This document shows positions 32,086 through 42,649 of a DNA stretch of 64,000 nt, piece by piece (within the stretch, counting starts at the first letter, position 1; the number at the start of each line of letters is the position of its first letter). The notes below the pieces were generated by a model. The model made no database searches. It was not told the origin of the DNA and worked only from the letters and a program-made list of their open reading frames with translations. Position numbers and translations under genes: made by a program. The DNA is taken from IMG/VR virus record IMGVR_UViG_3300047157_000174, positions 32,095-96,094 of that record; one strand, given 5' to 3'. Source of the DNA: a virus.

Positions 32086-32448
32086 TCACCTTCCATCTTT
32101 TCTTTCCGATGGAGGAACCATCTCCGGTGGATATTCATTAAAATGTTCCATATCATTCCATTCATTCTCTTCTATCTGTCGCTCAGACATTCCTTCATTT
32201 CTTGAATCTTCTAACATTTGTTCATATTGATTTCTTTCTTCTTGTGGAGTTTGTTCTCTACCCTTCTGATTCATCACATTGCGTGGTTGTTCATTTCCTG
32301 TTGCATTAATCATGTCTTGTATCTCTCTCCGTTTTTTGGTCTTTTGTCTTTCATTAGTAAAAGAAACTGGACTACCATTTACCTTTCTATTCAGACTTAA
32401 TTTTTTTCTTGTCGTATTTTTTCTTTTAACAATGTCAAACCAACTCAT
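32086..32448 (-). CDS. W-tag hypothetical protein (MSWFDIVK)
   Basis: ORF with shared motif and upstream repeat. Confidence 0.7.
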   Translation of the reverse strand: MSWFDIVKRKNTTRKKLSLNRKVNGSPVSFTNERQKTKKRREIQDMINATGNEQPRNVMNQKGREQTPQEERNQYEQMLEDSRNEGMSERQIEENEWNDMEHFNEYPPEMVPPSERKDGR

Positions 32449-32518
32449 TCTAAATCACCTGCTATTGGTAAATTCATTCCTACTTGCCACACTATTATAT
32501 CTGAAAATAATCTTAATT

Positions 32519-34196
32519 TCATCCTACTCTCCTCTCTGTTCTCTTATCCACATTTTGATTACCTGCATCTTTAGGTAATCCCTTAAATCTTTTATCCGGC
32601 CCAGTATTCATACTAGGTTTGTTTCTAGTCTTAGGTGGTTCATCAGATTTTACTTTTTCAGGTTGACCTGCTTCTGCTAAACTAGGTTTAGTTCCCGCTT
32701 CCATCATTTGACCTAATTGACTAGCATCAATATCTGTTCCCGCATATGGGTCTGTTTTAAAATCGTCATCACCAGTTTGAGTTTTTCCTTGCTCATCACC
32801 CTCAACAGGTTTGGGCTTAGTATAAATAAATCTACCTTCATCATCCATTTCTACTTCAAATCCTAAGTTCTTTAATTGACCTGCAATGTTAACTTCTATT
32901 TCTCTCTTTCGTAAAACTGCAATTTCATCTTCTTCTTCTGATGGAGGTAAGTTTAAGTTCCCAATCAGTTATTCCAAACTTGAGTTGTAACAAATGGAAA
33001 CACATAATTATTCCAAATAGTTTGAGCCATTTCTACTGCTCTATTAGTAACAAGTATTTGCATACCTTCGTTATTTAATCCTCCACTAGCAGAAGCATCA
33101 GACATAAACACTTTACTAACTCCATAGAAACCCTGAAATCCTATCTCTCAAATCATCTTTAACAGAAATATAGTCCATTTCTTTTAGACTGTCCATAAAC
33201 TTAACCCATTCAATAGAACCCTTACCATTTTCTGCTTCTATTCCCATTACAGGAATAAAGTGTGGGTCTTGTTCCATCTTTTCTTTAACGCCTCTCCAAA
33301 ATGATTTCATAGAATCAATGTTTCTTGTTTGAACAGCCAATAATCCTCTTCGGCATTCTTGCCTTAGAATAAGAAGAATTGACATAATTTTCCATAGCCA
33401 ATAGTGTTGTAATATGATTCCACAGTGTAATTATCGGAGACATCCCATACAAACGTGAAGGAGAATATTTACTGAAATGTACTACTTCTCCCTTAACAAA
33501 ATACTGTTCCTCTCCATTCACTCTATTTACATAATGAACAGGATATAATTCCGAACTACAAGTTTCACATAATTCAGTTTGATGTTGATGTACTCTATCT
33601 CGATGCCTTAAACACACAAATCCGCCTTTACCTCTTTCACCTAATTCATTTGAATAAATATGCATAGTAACAGGGTCTCCTCTGAACACTTCTTTTATTC
33701 GATGCATTCTAACTTTAGAGTTATTATCTAAATAATATTCCTTTACTAATACTAAGTAAGCATCGTCCATTATGTTCAAATCGTCTTCTAATTCTTTAAG
33801 AACATCAATAAATAATTGCTCTGAACAATTAACATATCCATCTAAAAACTTTTTAGCGTATTCTAATTGTTTTGGGTCGGGTTTCTTTAAGTTAGTAGAA
33901 GAACAATCAGAACACATCTTTACTGGTGAAGAGTGTTCTTTACCACAATCTTGACATTTAACTACGAACTTTTCCTCCCAAGTATATCCCCTTCTAAATA
34001 TTTCTTGTTTTAATTGAGTAATACAAGTTCTAACAATAGTGGATTGTTGTACTATGTGGTAAATAATAGGACTTGTCAAAAGATAAGAATTATCTCTTTC
34101 TTGTATTCCCAAATTGTAAACTGTTCTATCAGCAGGTTTAGGAGTGCTATTTCTGAACAAATTAGTGAAGGCAAATCTTCTTTTTTCTTCCGCCAT
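32519..34196 (-). CDS. Portal protein, broken by about 4 single-base insertions
   Basis: Portal motifs (DDAYL, GEVVHF, LYGMSPI, ARMP-RGLL, ISGF-YGVS, SGGLNNEG) continue across ORFs 33315-34196, 33116-33385 and 32519-32848. Removing 4 nt gives 1674 nt = 558 codons. Confidence 0.85.
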
Positions 34197-35521
34197 TAAG
34201 CAATCACTCCTTCTAATTTATCCATCTCAAACATTTTACATTTATCATGCAGTTTAGCGACAGTAGTAATATCTATTCCATCTTTAGAAAAGTCATAGCC
34301 AACATGGTCTTTATGATTTTCATATTTCATCAATTGAAATAATTCAGTTTTCCTTTCATTATACCATTCTGCTTTTTTATAGGATTTTTTCATTCTTAAT
34401 AACTCCAATAATATATCTGCGTTTTTCCCTTTCATTTTAAAATGTGGGCGACATTTCGTTAATAGTTCTACAACATCATCGTGCGAATAAAAGTTTAACC
34501 TATTTACTGGCCTAGTGTCTTGTGGAGATTTTTGGTCTAAATGTAGTCTTCCACATCCTAATGATTTATGCATTTCCATCATAAATGCTTTTCCTCTCTC
34601 ACCCGTAGCCACTAATCCTACTCTCGGATTAAATTTTTTATCCATAGTAATATATCCATCAGAATCTATGAAAGCAGCAGTATAAGCATAAATATCCTTT
34701 TTAATATCATCACTAAACTTATAGAAAGCCCCGTTAACATTAGTAACATTGCAAGATATAGCCATTTTAGAAATTATACTTGGAGTAGTTTTATTGAATA
34801 GATTTTTAGGTAATCTTTCGTGAATCTGTCTAGCAGATATTCCCGATTCTTCACTAACTAATTTTGCAATATTATGTTTGATTATTTCCTTTTTGTCTAT
34901 ACTTTTCATATGTTTTTTAATTAATGCTTTGAAGGCTCTTTTGGATATTGACATCTCTTTAGACAGATTACAATATTCTTGATTATAATTTATAGTATTT
35001 CTATCTATTTTCGCTTCCCAATATTTACACAATGTATCTACCATTTCTCTTCTTGTATTTTCATCATCTACATATGATAGTTTGATTAGTTGGTCTTCGC
35101 TACAAGTCATATCTTGTACTTGAGGTTTATATTTACTTAACCAATAAATATTATCAATACTATTTTCTAAATGATTAGCGTAACCGTCAATTAAATTATC
35201 AATTGATTTTGACATTTGTATTCTATCTTCTCCTTTCAGAGTTCTTCTATACTTACGCATTTTTTTAACCATCTTAGGGATATCTGTTCCTTCGACTTCA
35301 TATTTTTTAAGTTTATATTCAAGATGTTTTCTTGCATCTGTTAAAGATAAATCAAACTCTTTAGCAAATGTTTTTTCCAATTGAGTATGGTCTGATATAG
35401 AAGAATCAACTAACCAACTTCTCTTCAAATCTTCTGTTATTCTTTTTTGTTGTTCTTCGAGGGATTCTTCTTCATCGGCAAGGTCTCCGAGTTCTCTTAA
35501 TTTGTCTCCCTTTTCACTAAT
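34196..35521 (-). CDS. LAGLIDADG-domain protein with N-terminal helical and HTH region
   Basis: AYTAAFIDSDGYI and LGCGRL motifs; GISARQIHERL HTH. The frame is open upstream to an ATT at 35521 preceded by GGAGGTGA. Confidence 0.75.
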   Translation of the reverse strand: MSEKGDKLRELGDLADEEESLEEQQKRITEDLKRSWLVDSSISDHTQLEKTFAKEFDLSLTDARKHLEYKLKKYEVEGTDIPKMVKKMRKYRRTLKGEDRIQMSKSIDNLIDGYANHLENSIDNIYWLSKYKPQVQDMTCSEDQLIKLSYVDDENTRREMVDTLCKYWEAKIDRNTINYNQEYCNLSKEMSISKRAFKALIKKHMKSIDKKEIIKHNIAKLVSEESGISARQIHERLPKNLFNKTTPSIISKMAISCNVTNVNGAFYKFSDDIKKDIYAYTAAFIDSDGYITMDKKFNPRVGLVATGERGKAFMMEMHKSLGCGRLHLDQKSPQDTRPVNRLNFYSHDDVVELLTKCRPHFKMKGKNADILLELLRMKKSYKKAEWYNERKTELFQLMKYENHKDHVGYDFSKDGIDITTVAKLHDKCKMFEMDKLEGVIA

Positions 35522-35544
35522 ACTCTCACCTCCGCTACTTGCCT

Positions 35545-36978
35545 CTAGAAGTTCAGTCCTAGCATACCGCCTAAAGAGTTATTCGTAGGTTTAGGACTAT
35601 CGAACAACCCCATATCATCTAACAACATAAATACATCTTGTGAATTTTGGGTGGCGGCATTGGCTAAAGCCAAACTCATTACTAAGTCATCGTGTGCGCC
35701 CACACCTTCAAACTTTCCTGAATGAGTAATAGAAAACATTGACAATTCTTCAATTAACATATTGGTTAATTTTTTACTAGAGTTATCACCATAGGGAAAG
35801 TTAATTTTTCCATTTTCTATGTTCATTTGTAGGTTGAGAATTATTTCCTGTTTTCTTTTTCTTGTTGTGTTAAAATCTGTTACGTTCAAATCTGAAACGT
35901 TCCTTAGTTCTTGAGTAAATGCCTTAGCAAACGTATTTGTTTCGTATAGGATTTCTTCGGGTTCAAATATTTTACCTATCAATCTAATCTTATCTATATT
36001 TTCTCTAAACTCAACATTTTTAGCCCTATCAACATGAACTATTGTTTTGTTCTTATTCTCATCCACTTCTAAAACAGTAATTACGTTATAATCTCCATCA
36101 GTTGAGATAGCAGGGTCAACACCTACATAATATTTGTATCCCTTATCCTTTCTATGTCCTAATTTCAAAACATAATCCTTATTTTTACATTTCATAACAA
36201 ACTCAGGATTAAATAATGCAGTTCCGGTAGAAATAGGCACACAAAGATATTCTCTTGTAAACTTCAAAGAACCAATTTCTGCTTTTCTACGCATAAGAGC
36301 ATCGTAGTCCCATCTTTCCGGCCATAACGGTTCATTTAGTGCATTAAGACAGGGATATTTAGTAACATTATATGCCTCATTTTCTTCTAATTGCGAAAAT
36401 ATATCAGTATATGTAAATGGTGTACCAATCATTCTCAATTTAGAAGTGTGGTGTAATGTCGGTATCATATCTCCGAAAAACCAATCTGTAACTTTCTCAA
36501 TACCTACTAAACTGAACTCTTTCAAAGGGTCATCAATTATAATTTCTTGAGGGTGAAGTCCTCTAATCTGAGAACCAACAGAACGTTCTAAAATTGCGTT
36601 ACCATTTGTTAATTGAATGTTACCGATAGCCCAACCCCTGCTAGGTTTAAACTGTTTAAGTGCCGGATGATTAAAATACCTATCAATTTCTCTCATGTGA
36701 ACTAAAGTCTGCTTTTGGTTGGAAGAAATATACAACATTTGGAAAGGCGGTTCTTGAAATATAAGATTCCATACTACCCAACTATGCATAAAGACAGATT
36801 TCCCATGGTCACGACTACAAATAATAACTGTTCTATCAGTAGTATTCATAGATTCTAACCATTCTTGCATATATTCGGGATACATCATACCTAAAACATT
36901 TTTAAAAAAATATGGAAAGGAAGTTTTAGATAATTCCATATCCATTTGAGTTACAAAATCTAATTCGTTTAACTCCAT
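35545..36978 (-). CDS. terL: Terminase large subunit
   Basis: Walker A SRDHGKS, Walker B IIIDD, IGTP, nuclease GVDPA and HDDLVMSLALA. Confidence 0.95.
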   Translation of the reverse strand: MELNELDFVTQMDMELSKTSFPYFFKNVLGMMYPEYMQEWLESMNTTDRTVIICSRDHGKSVFMHSWVVWNLIFQEPPFQMLYISSNQKQTLVHMREIDRYFNHPALKQFKPSRGWAIGNIQLTNGNAILERSVGSQIRGLHPQEIIIDDPLKEFSLVGIEKVTDWFFGDMIPTLHHTSKLRMIGTPFTYTDIFSQLEENEAYNVTKYPCLNALNEPLWPERWDYDALMRRKAEIGSLKFTREYLCVPISTGTALFNPEFVMKCKNKDYVLKLGHRKDKGYKYYVGVDPAISTDGDYNVITVLEVDENKNKTIVHVDRAKNVEFRENIDKIRLIGKIFEPEEILYETNTFAKAFTQELRNVSDLNVTDFNTTRKRKQEIILNLQMNIENGKINFPYGDNSSKKLTNMLIEELSMFSITHSGKFEGVGAHDDLVMSLALANAATQNSQDVFMLLDDMGLFDSPKPTNNSLGGMLGLNF

Positions 36979-36979
36979 A

Positions 36980-37570
36980 TTAATTCTCCATTAACATAAA
37001 AGAAATTGCTTCTGATTCAGTTAAAGATTTTAATATATTCCAAGCCTTGTTCATAGAATTAGGATTCCAAACTAATATTTTATCCCCGCCAATTCTTTTT
37101 CTTTCACTTTCAACTGCTTCCATTGGTAATCCTTCAGGAACTTCTTCATCGGTAGGATTTTTAATCCAACCTCTTCTTTCAAATGCAGCCATCCAACCAC
37201 TATCGGGTATAGTTTTATTATTTATACTAACTAAAATAGGTTTATCCTTTATCAATTGCATTCTTTTATCTATTAAATTAGAAGCAATTCTTTTTCCTCT
37301 ATATGGAGTAGCAATGTTGCTTCCGGCTAAAACCACATAACTATTTTTTTCAGACCAACCCGAATAACCCACAATCATATCTCCGTCTAATGCAATTAGA
37401 TATTTTACATTATCAACAGAATATGGACTTAAAGTGGGGCGTGTTTTTCTAGGGTTTTTATTTTGAGCATATATTTTTTGCCAATTTTCTTCGCGGGATT
37501 CTCCCCATTGACTATTCCATAGTTCTAACATCTCTGCTTCTGTATATATTTTACTAGGGTATGTTATCAT
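36980..37570 (-). CDS. GNAT-family acetyltransferase
   Basis: IVGY..W and motif A PYRGKRIASNL; C-terminal KAWNILKS. Confidence 0.75.
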   Translation of the reverse strand: MITYPSKIYTEAEMLELWNSQWGESREENWQKIYAQNKNPRKTRPTLSPYSVDNVKYLIALDGDMIVGYSGWSEKNSYVVLAGSNIATPYRGKRIASNLIDKRMQLIKDKPILVSINNKTIPDSGWMAAFERRGWIKNPTDEEVPEGLPMEAVESERKRIGGDKILVWNPNSMNKAWNILKSLTESEAISFMLMEN

Positions 37571-37574
37571 AATA

Positions 37575-40265
37575 TCACCTAAAGTTAGCCTTTAAGAAAT
37601 ATACACTTTCTTTAGGAACTCCATGTTTAATCCCTATTTCTCCAAAAGAATCTACTTCATTAACAATAGAACTTATTTCATAGGCCGAAACATCTACATT
37701 ATAATCACTCTTCATTATATCAATAGCAGCATTAACATGGTTAAAATTACTTAAACTAGAAGTATTGTAATAAATAGGTTTACCAACCATCTTCCTTATG
37801 TTATCGTGAGCCTCTAACATTTTTGCAACTACATCTTCTTGTTTATTTCTTAATGATTCAACAATATCTACAAACTCATAGATAATAGAACTGCGCCCGC
37901 CTTGACTATCCATTTGTTCTAGAGAACCTCTATTATTATATATCTCTTTAATAATATAATTTAAGGGGTATATTTTATTTTGATTATATTTTTCAGCCCA
38001 TTCTTTAGGAGTTTTTCCGTTACTATTAGGAAACTTTCCCTGTGGATTTTTTTTACTCTCTTCCGCCCATATTTTATAATCATCCATTAAATTATTTTTA
38101 GTCAATATATTATGTAAAATATTACCAAACTCTTCATTTACCCCTTCTTTAGTTATCTTATCCCTTCTATCTAAATTTGCTATTCGTATTACTAAATTTC
38201 TACCTTCTTTAATTCCATCAACTAATTTTCTAATATTTTGTATTTTACTTGGGGTGGAAATGAAGGTTAAATATGCTGTCAACTCTTTAATATGTCTCGG
38301 TTCATATTTAGTATATCCTTTAGTTTTATCTTCGGACATCACATACGAAAATACTGATTCATTAGGATTATGACTTTCTATTATTCTAAATATTCTTTTT
38401 TCAAGTCCATCTACATCTAAACCAAAATTATCATCAAAGGGCAAATTTGTAGAATACATTGGAGTTATGAAGAAGTTACTAACTTCTATTAACAACTCGT
38501 CCAGTTCTTCTTTTACATTTTCTAATTTCTCATATTCATTTTCACTAGCAACATTCCCTAGATTTTCTATTACAGGTCTAATTAATTCACTAGTCTGCGT
38601 TGGGTCTCCACCCTTACCTCCGTATGGTTTTGTTCCGGTTTTAGAAGGCGCTACACTTTTGAAATCATCAGGCTCAAACAATTTAGAAAAGGCTTTCAAG
38701 AAGCCTATAATATATTTGATATTTTTATCAGACCCTTTTCCTTCTCCTTGTACTAATTTAGACATAGTTGTTTTTGTTAGTGGGAGGAAGTATTTTCCGT
38801 CTTCACTTACATCAGATGCTAACTCCTTAAGTCGTTTTATGTATTCAATAATTTCAAAATCTATATTAGTATTCATAGCGGCTTCATATTTTTCACCTTC
38901 TATTAATAATAATTTTTCTAATCTTTTTACTTCTGTTTCAAAAACAGGGGTAGGTTCTTTAAACGCCTTATCATTATATTCTACATAATAAATCGGGTCA
39001 ACTTCAATTTTTTCTATTCCATCTAATACTCTTCCTAAAGTTATTAATCGCTGTTGGTCTAACTTACCCTTACCTTGACTAGAAGAAACCTCTTCTGTTA
39101 TACCTGTCCTTTCATCGTCTTTCCCGTAAGTATTTACAGTTATACTTCCACCATCAGATTCATTTTCAAATTCTTTTTCTGCTTGAACTAACAAACCGTT
39201 TTCATCTAAAATGTTATTAAAAAGAGCAACGTGTTTGTTGGCTTTCTTGTGTGATTCTACTTGCATAGGTTTGAAAGCACGAATATAATTCAACTCACCA
39301 TTGGTAATTTCATTTGAATAAGATTTCAAATCTTTAATAGCGTCTTTCAAATCCCCTTCAATTCCTTCAATCCCTTCTATTGCAGAAATAAAATCTAAAT
39401 ATGCTTTTTCAAAATCTTTATATTCACCGTGTTTCTCTTTCCAAAAAGCATAAACATCCTTTCTATTTTGTAATGATTTAAAATCCAAATCTCCGATAAT
39501 ATCCACTTTATCAATATTAATAGTAAAACGACCTCCCTTTTTTTCGTTTGAATATTGTCTTAGTATTTCTCTAATTGGTCGTAGAGTTGATTTTTCATCA
39601 GCATTTAAATTATCAATGGTAAGTAAATAATTATCTATTTGCGGTTGTGTTAAAGTGCCGCTACTTAATGAGGCAGTTTTTACATCCAATTTATTTTTAT
39701 TTGTAAATACATTTCTATATGTAAGTTTCCTACCTGCATAATCTTCAAACTTTCCAAGCATTTCATTTACATCTTTACTTTCATCAGTATATTCTTTTCT
39801 ATCCCGAAGAGTGGTAGTAGTTTCTAGACCTTTATCAGAAGAATATCTTCGAATAACTTCGGTAAGCATTTCTTCTATTTTATCCTCATAGTTTTCAATT
39901 CTATTACTTCCTTGCCCTAAACCTATGATACCATATTGTAAAGGAAGTGCTTTGGTTCTCATCATATTTTTTAGTCCCTTGACATTCCTATTAGTAAAAT
40001 TAACTCCATCTTCTTTAATTGTTTTTTTAATATACTCTCTTAACTCATTGTCCTTTTTAACTAATTTATGTAATCTACTTTTATCACTATAAATATCTGT
40101 CAGTATTTCTGATAATACTATTTTTTGTTCACTTGTAGGTAAAGAAGGATTTTTTTCTTCTATTATGTCTTTAATTTCAGGAATAATACTCTTGACCCCT
40201 TTTTCATGTTTAACAGCATCTTCAAAAAGCCGTTGTTTTTCATTTTCATTTTTAATATATTTCAT
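37575..40265 (-). CDS. Large hypothetical protein (896 aa)
   Basis: Long co-oriented ORF with no recognisable motif. Confidence 0.65.
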   Translation of the reverse strand: MKYIKNENEKQRLFEDAVKHEKGVKSIIPEIKDIIEEKNPSLPTSEQKIVLSEILTDIYSDKSRLHKLVKKDNELREYIKKTIKEDGVNFTNRNVKGLKNMMRTKALPLQYGIIGLGQGSNRIENYEDKIEEMLTEVIRRYSSDKGLETTTTLRDRKEYTDESKDVNEMLGKFEDYAGRKLTYRNVFTNKNKLDVKTASLSSGTLTQPQIDNYLLTIDNLNADEKSTLRPIREILRQYSNEKKGGRFTINIDKVDIIGDLDFKSLQNRKDVYAFWKEKHGEYKDFEKAYLDFISAIEGIEGIEGDLKDAIKDLKSYSNEITNGELNYIRAFKPMQVESHKKANKHVALFNNILDENGLLVQAEKEFENESDGGSITVNTYGKDDERTGITEEVSSSQGKGKLDQQRLITLGRVLDGIEKIEVDPIYYVEYNDKAFKEPTPVFETEVKRLEKLLLIEGEKYEAAMNTNIDFEIIEYIKRLKELASDVSEDGKYFLPLTKTTMSKLVQGEGKGSDKNIKYIIGFLKAFSKLFEPDDFKSVAPSKTGTKPYGGKGGDPTQTSELIRPVIENLGNVASENEYEKLENVKEELDELLIEVSNFFITPMYSTNLPFDDNFGLDVDGLEKRIFRIIESHNPNESVFSYVMSEDKTKGYTKYEPRHIKELTAYLTFISTPSKIQNIRKLVDGIKEGRNLVIRIANLDRRDKITKEGVNEEFGNILHNILTKNNLMDDYKIWAEESKKNPQGKFPNSNGKTPKEWAEKYNQNKIYPLNYIIKEIYNNRGSLEQMDSQGGRSSIIYEFVDIVESLRNKQEDVVAKMLEAHDNIRKMVGKPIYYNTSSLSNFNHVNAAIDIMKSDYNVDVSAYEISSIVNEVDSFGEIGIKHGVPKESVYFLKANFR

Positions 40266-42649
40266 TCAAACAACCCCTTTCCTTTAAGCCATGTCAAAGG
40301 CTCAAACCGAACCCCTTTTGTTCCACCAGTAGTCTTGCTTCTAAGAGTATTTTCTTCTAACGTTTGAATTACAGATTCTTGTATTTCTTTCAATAATGCT
40401 TTTCTCATATCATTATATCTAAGTAAAACCTGTCTTCTAAAATCTCTAAGAGGGGCTTCAGCATTTTCATCTGCATCTATTTTTTCATTTTTATTCTTAT
40501 CTATCTTATTGTATAAATCATTCAAATTTTTATTACCGTTTAAGTTACTATCTAACCCCTTACAAAACTTTGCAAATTTCTCAAATAACGTGGTAAAAAC
40601 ATATTCGTTAACTTCAATATCAGGAGTAGTCCCTGCCTCTTCTTCTTCATCAAGTTCTTGTTTTATTTTTGTAAGAAGTTGTTTAGGTTTAGATGCTATA
40701 CCTTTTCTTGGACTATAAACATCCCCACTTAATACCATACTTTCTAAAATAGTTTTTATATTTTTATGTGTTTCCTTCGGTAAAAAATCTTCAAGAACTT
40801 CGTCAACCTCCACAAAATAAATTCTGTCTATGGTATCCGGCAGAGGTATCTTTTTATCATTTTCTAATAATTCTATATAATACAAAATTGCATTCCTCAA
40901 ATCTTCTGAAATTGTAAGTGTACCGGAAAGAGACTCTTCTATTTCAGGTAATAAATCAAGAAGTCTAGTTTTAATATCTTGAGTGTCTTCATCATCTCTA
41001 TTCGAGGGTTTTATTATTTTATACCATTCTATATTTGAAACAGAACCTTTAGATTTTATTCTTTTATATTCATTCGTTAAGAAATCTATAATATCATCAT
41101 CCATATCAACATAAGACCTAATTCTATCTCTATCATTTAGTGATGCTAGTGTTTTTAATTTTTCTAAAACAACATTTGTTTTTACAGAAGTAGTTTCCGT
41201 TTTCAATATAGAATCAAGCACCGATTCTAATTCTTTACTGTTTTTATTATCGAAAAATATGTCAAATACTCTAATGTAAGAATCAAAATTTCCTATCTGA
41301 TACCTAAACCATTTACCTGTTCCCTTTAAAAATTTCAGTTGTTCTTGTTTTTTTGCTGATTTTGCACCCGAACGCATAACTTCATAAAAATATTCAATTA
41401 ATATTTCTTCATTTATTTTTCTATCTCTACTAATGGTCTTTGGTTTAGAAATAGTTTTCCTATCACCTGCAATAATTTGAGATTTTTGAGGTTTTCTTCT
41501 AAATTCAATATAGGGTTGTAGTTGAAGTACCTTAGCAATAGGAGTGCGATTAACACTTATTTTTTTTCCTGTTTTAAAATTTTCTATCATATCTAAATCT
41601 AAAGTTGTTTCTTTGGATTCATCTTCAAAACTAGGTAACTTAAAATTACTATCCAAAACAACACCCCCTGCGAATGGGAGTATTTGTTCTCTAGTTACAT
41701 ATTCAGGAAATCCTGTAAAACCAAAAGCAATTTTTCCGAAAGAGATTTCTTCTTCCAAATATTTACGAGATTTGGGGTCTTCGTCTTTTCTAGCCCTTTC
41801 TTTAGCCTTTCCTTTAGATTTTTTTGAACCTACTCGACCTACGCCACCTTCTCTTACTATTTTACTAGATAAAGTAGCAGTTATGTCCTTGCCTTCCATC
41901 ATCATTTTTCCATCTTTATTTTTGACAACGGGTATAACGGGTTTTAATTTTAATCCGCTATTATCTATAATACTATCAATTTCTTCACTATCAACAGGTA
42001 AAACAATAATAGTGCCTTTCTCTATTTTATATCCTACAACTTCGGGTTTTGAAAACGCTTCTGCATTGAGTAGTTTTTGTCTTGCGGATTTGTTGTTTTT
42101 TAAGAGAGAAGAAAAATTCTTTAATCTCTTTTCAATACCACTTTCATTAACTTCTTTTTTAGTTTCAACTAATTCTTTTTGGTGTTGAAACTTAAGTCTA
42201 TCAAAACTAATCTCCCCATTTAGATATTGAACCATCTTATCGTATTCTTCATCTTCATAGAGTTTCTTAATTATTTTACTATTTTCTATAATATTACCCT
42301 CTTTGTCTATACTTTTTATGATTGTTTCAATTTTAGAAAGTTTGTTCATAAAAGGACTAAGTTTACTTTTGTTTTCATAGACATTTTTAATGTTAAAGGG
42401 TTCTTCATTGAAATAATCCCCTCTAGGAATATTTCTATAATCCCTATCGTAGCCCTCTCTTAATCTTCTGTCCAATCTAGTAACTGCTTCCAGTATTTTT
42501 GGGATTGACATATTCTTTTTATTCACGAAATCCACAACACCTTCTTCTAACTTATCATCACTAAGAGAAAGTAATGCTCTAGCAACTTTTCTCATATCAT
42601 CAGAAAGTTGTTTTTTTCTAGGTGCTTTTAGAATATTTTGCCAACTCAT
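40262..42649 (-). CDS. Large W-tag protein (MSWQNILKA, 795 aa)
   Basis: Long ORF with shared N-terminal motif. Confidence 0.7.
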   Translation of the reverse strand: MSWQNILKAPRKKQLSDDMRKVARALLSLSDDKLEEGVVDFVNKKNMSIPKILEAVTRLDRRLREGYDRDYRNIPRGDYFNEEPFNIKNVYENKSKLSPFMNKLSKIETIIKSIDKEGNIIENSKIIKKLYEDEEYDKMVQYLNGEISFDRLKFQHQKELVETKKEVNESGIEKRLKNFSSLLKNNKSARQKLLNAEAFSKPEVVGYKIEKGTIIVLPVDSEEIDSIIDNSGLKLKPVIPVVKNKDGKMMMEGKDITATLSSKIVREGGVGRVGSKKSKGKAKERARKDEDPKSRKYLEEEISFGKIAFGFTGFPEYVTREQILPFAGGVVLDSNFKLPSFEDESKETTLDLDMIENFKTGKKISVNRTPIAKVLQLQPYIEFRRKPQKSQIIAGDRKTISKPKTISRDRKINEEILIEYFYEVMRSGAKSAKKQEQLKFLKGTGKWFRYQIGNFDSYIRVFDIFFDNKNSKELESVLDSILKTETTSVKTNVVLEKLKTLASLNDRDRIRSYVDMDDDIIDFLTNEYKRIKSKGSVSNIEWYKIIKPSNRDDEDTQDIKTRLLDLLPEIEESLSGTLTISEDLRNAILYYIELLENDKKIPLPDTIDRIYFVEVDEVLEDFLPKETHKNIKTILESMVLSGDVYSPRKGIASKPKQLLTKIKQELDEEEEAGTTPDIEVNEYVFTTLFEKFAKFCKGLDSNLNGNKNLNDLYNKIDKNKNEKIDADENAEAPLRDFRRQVLLRYNDMRKALLKEIQESVIQTLEENTLRSKTTGGTKGVRFEPLTWLKGKGLFE

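Larger units (their letters stand above)
28831..32460 (-). repeat. Dispersed gene-start repeat AGGTGATTTAGAATGAGTTGG
   Basis: Copies at 28831-28846, 29147-29177 and 29433-29463 (31-bp identity between these two), and 32071-32091 and 32440-32460 (21-bp identity). Confidence 0.85.

Noticed and set aside
32940-33360. Portal gene split into several ORFs (possible recoding or pseudogene)
   Set aside because: Four single-base insertions (near 33350, 33130, 32981 and 32960) cluster in about 400 bp, each lengthening a short homopolymer in an essential gene. This is most likely a low-quality read or assembly error; checking raw reads would settle it.
34196-35521. LAGLIDADG ORF as an intron or intein within terminase or portal
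   Set aside because: TerL and portal both appear complete at their ends, and no intein splice motifs (C/S start, HN end) are evident.
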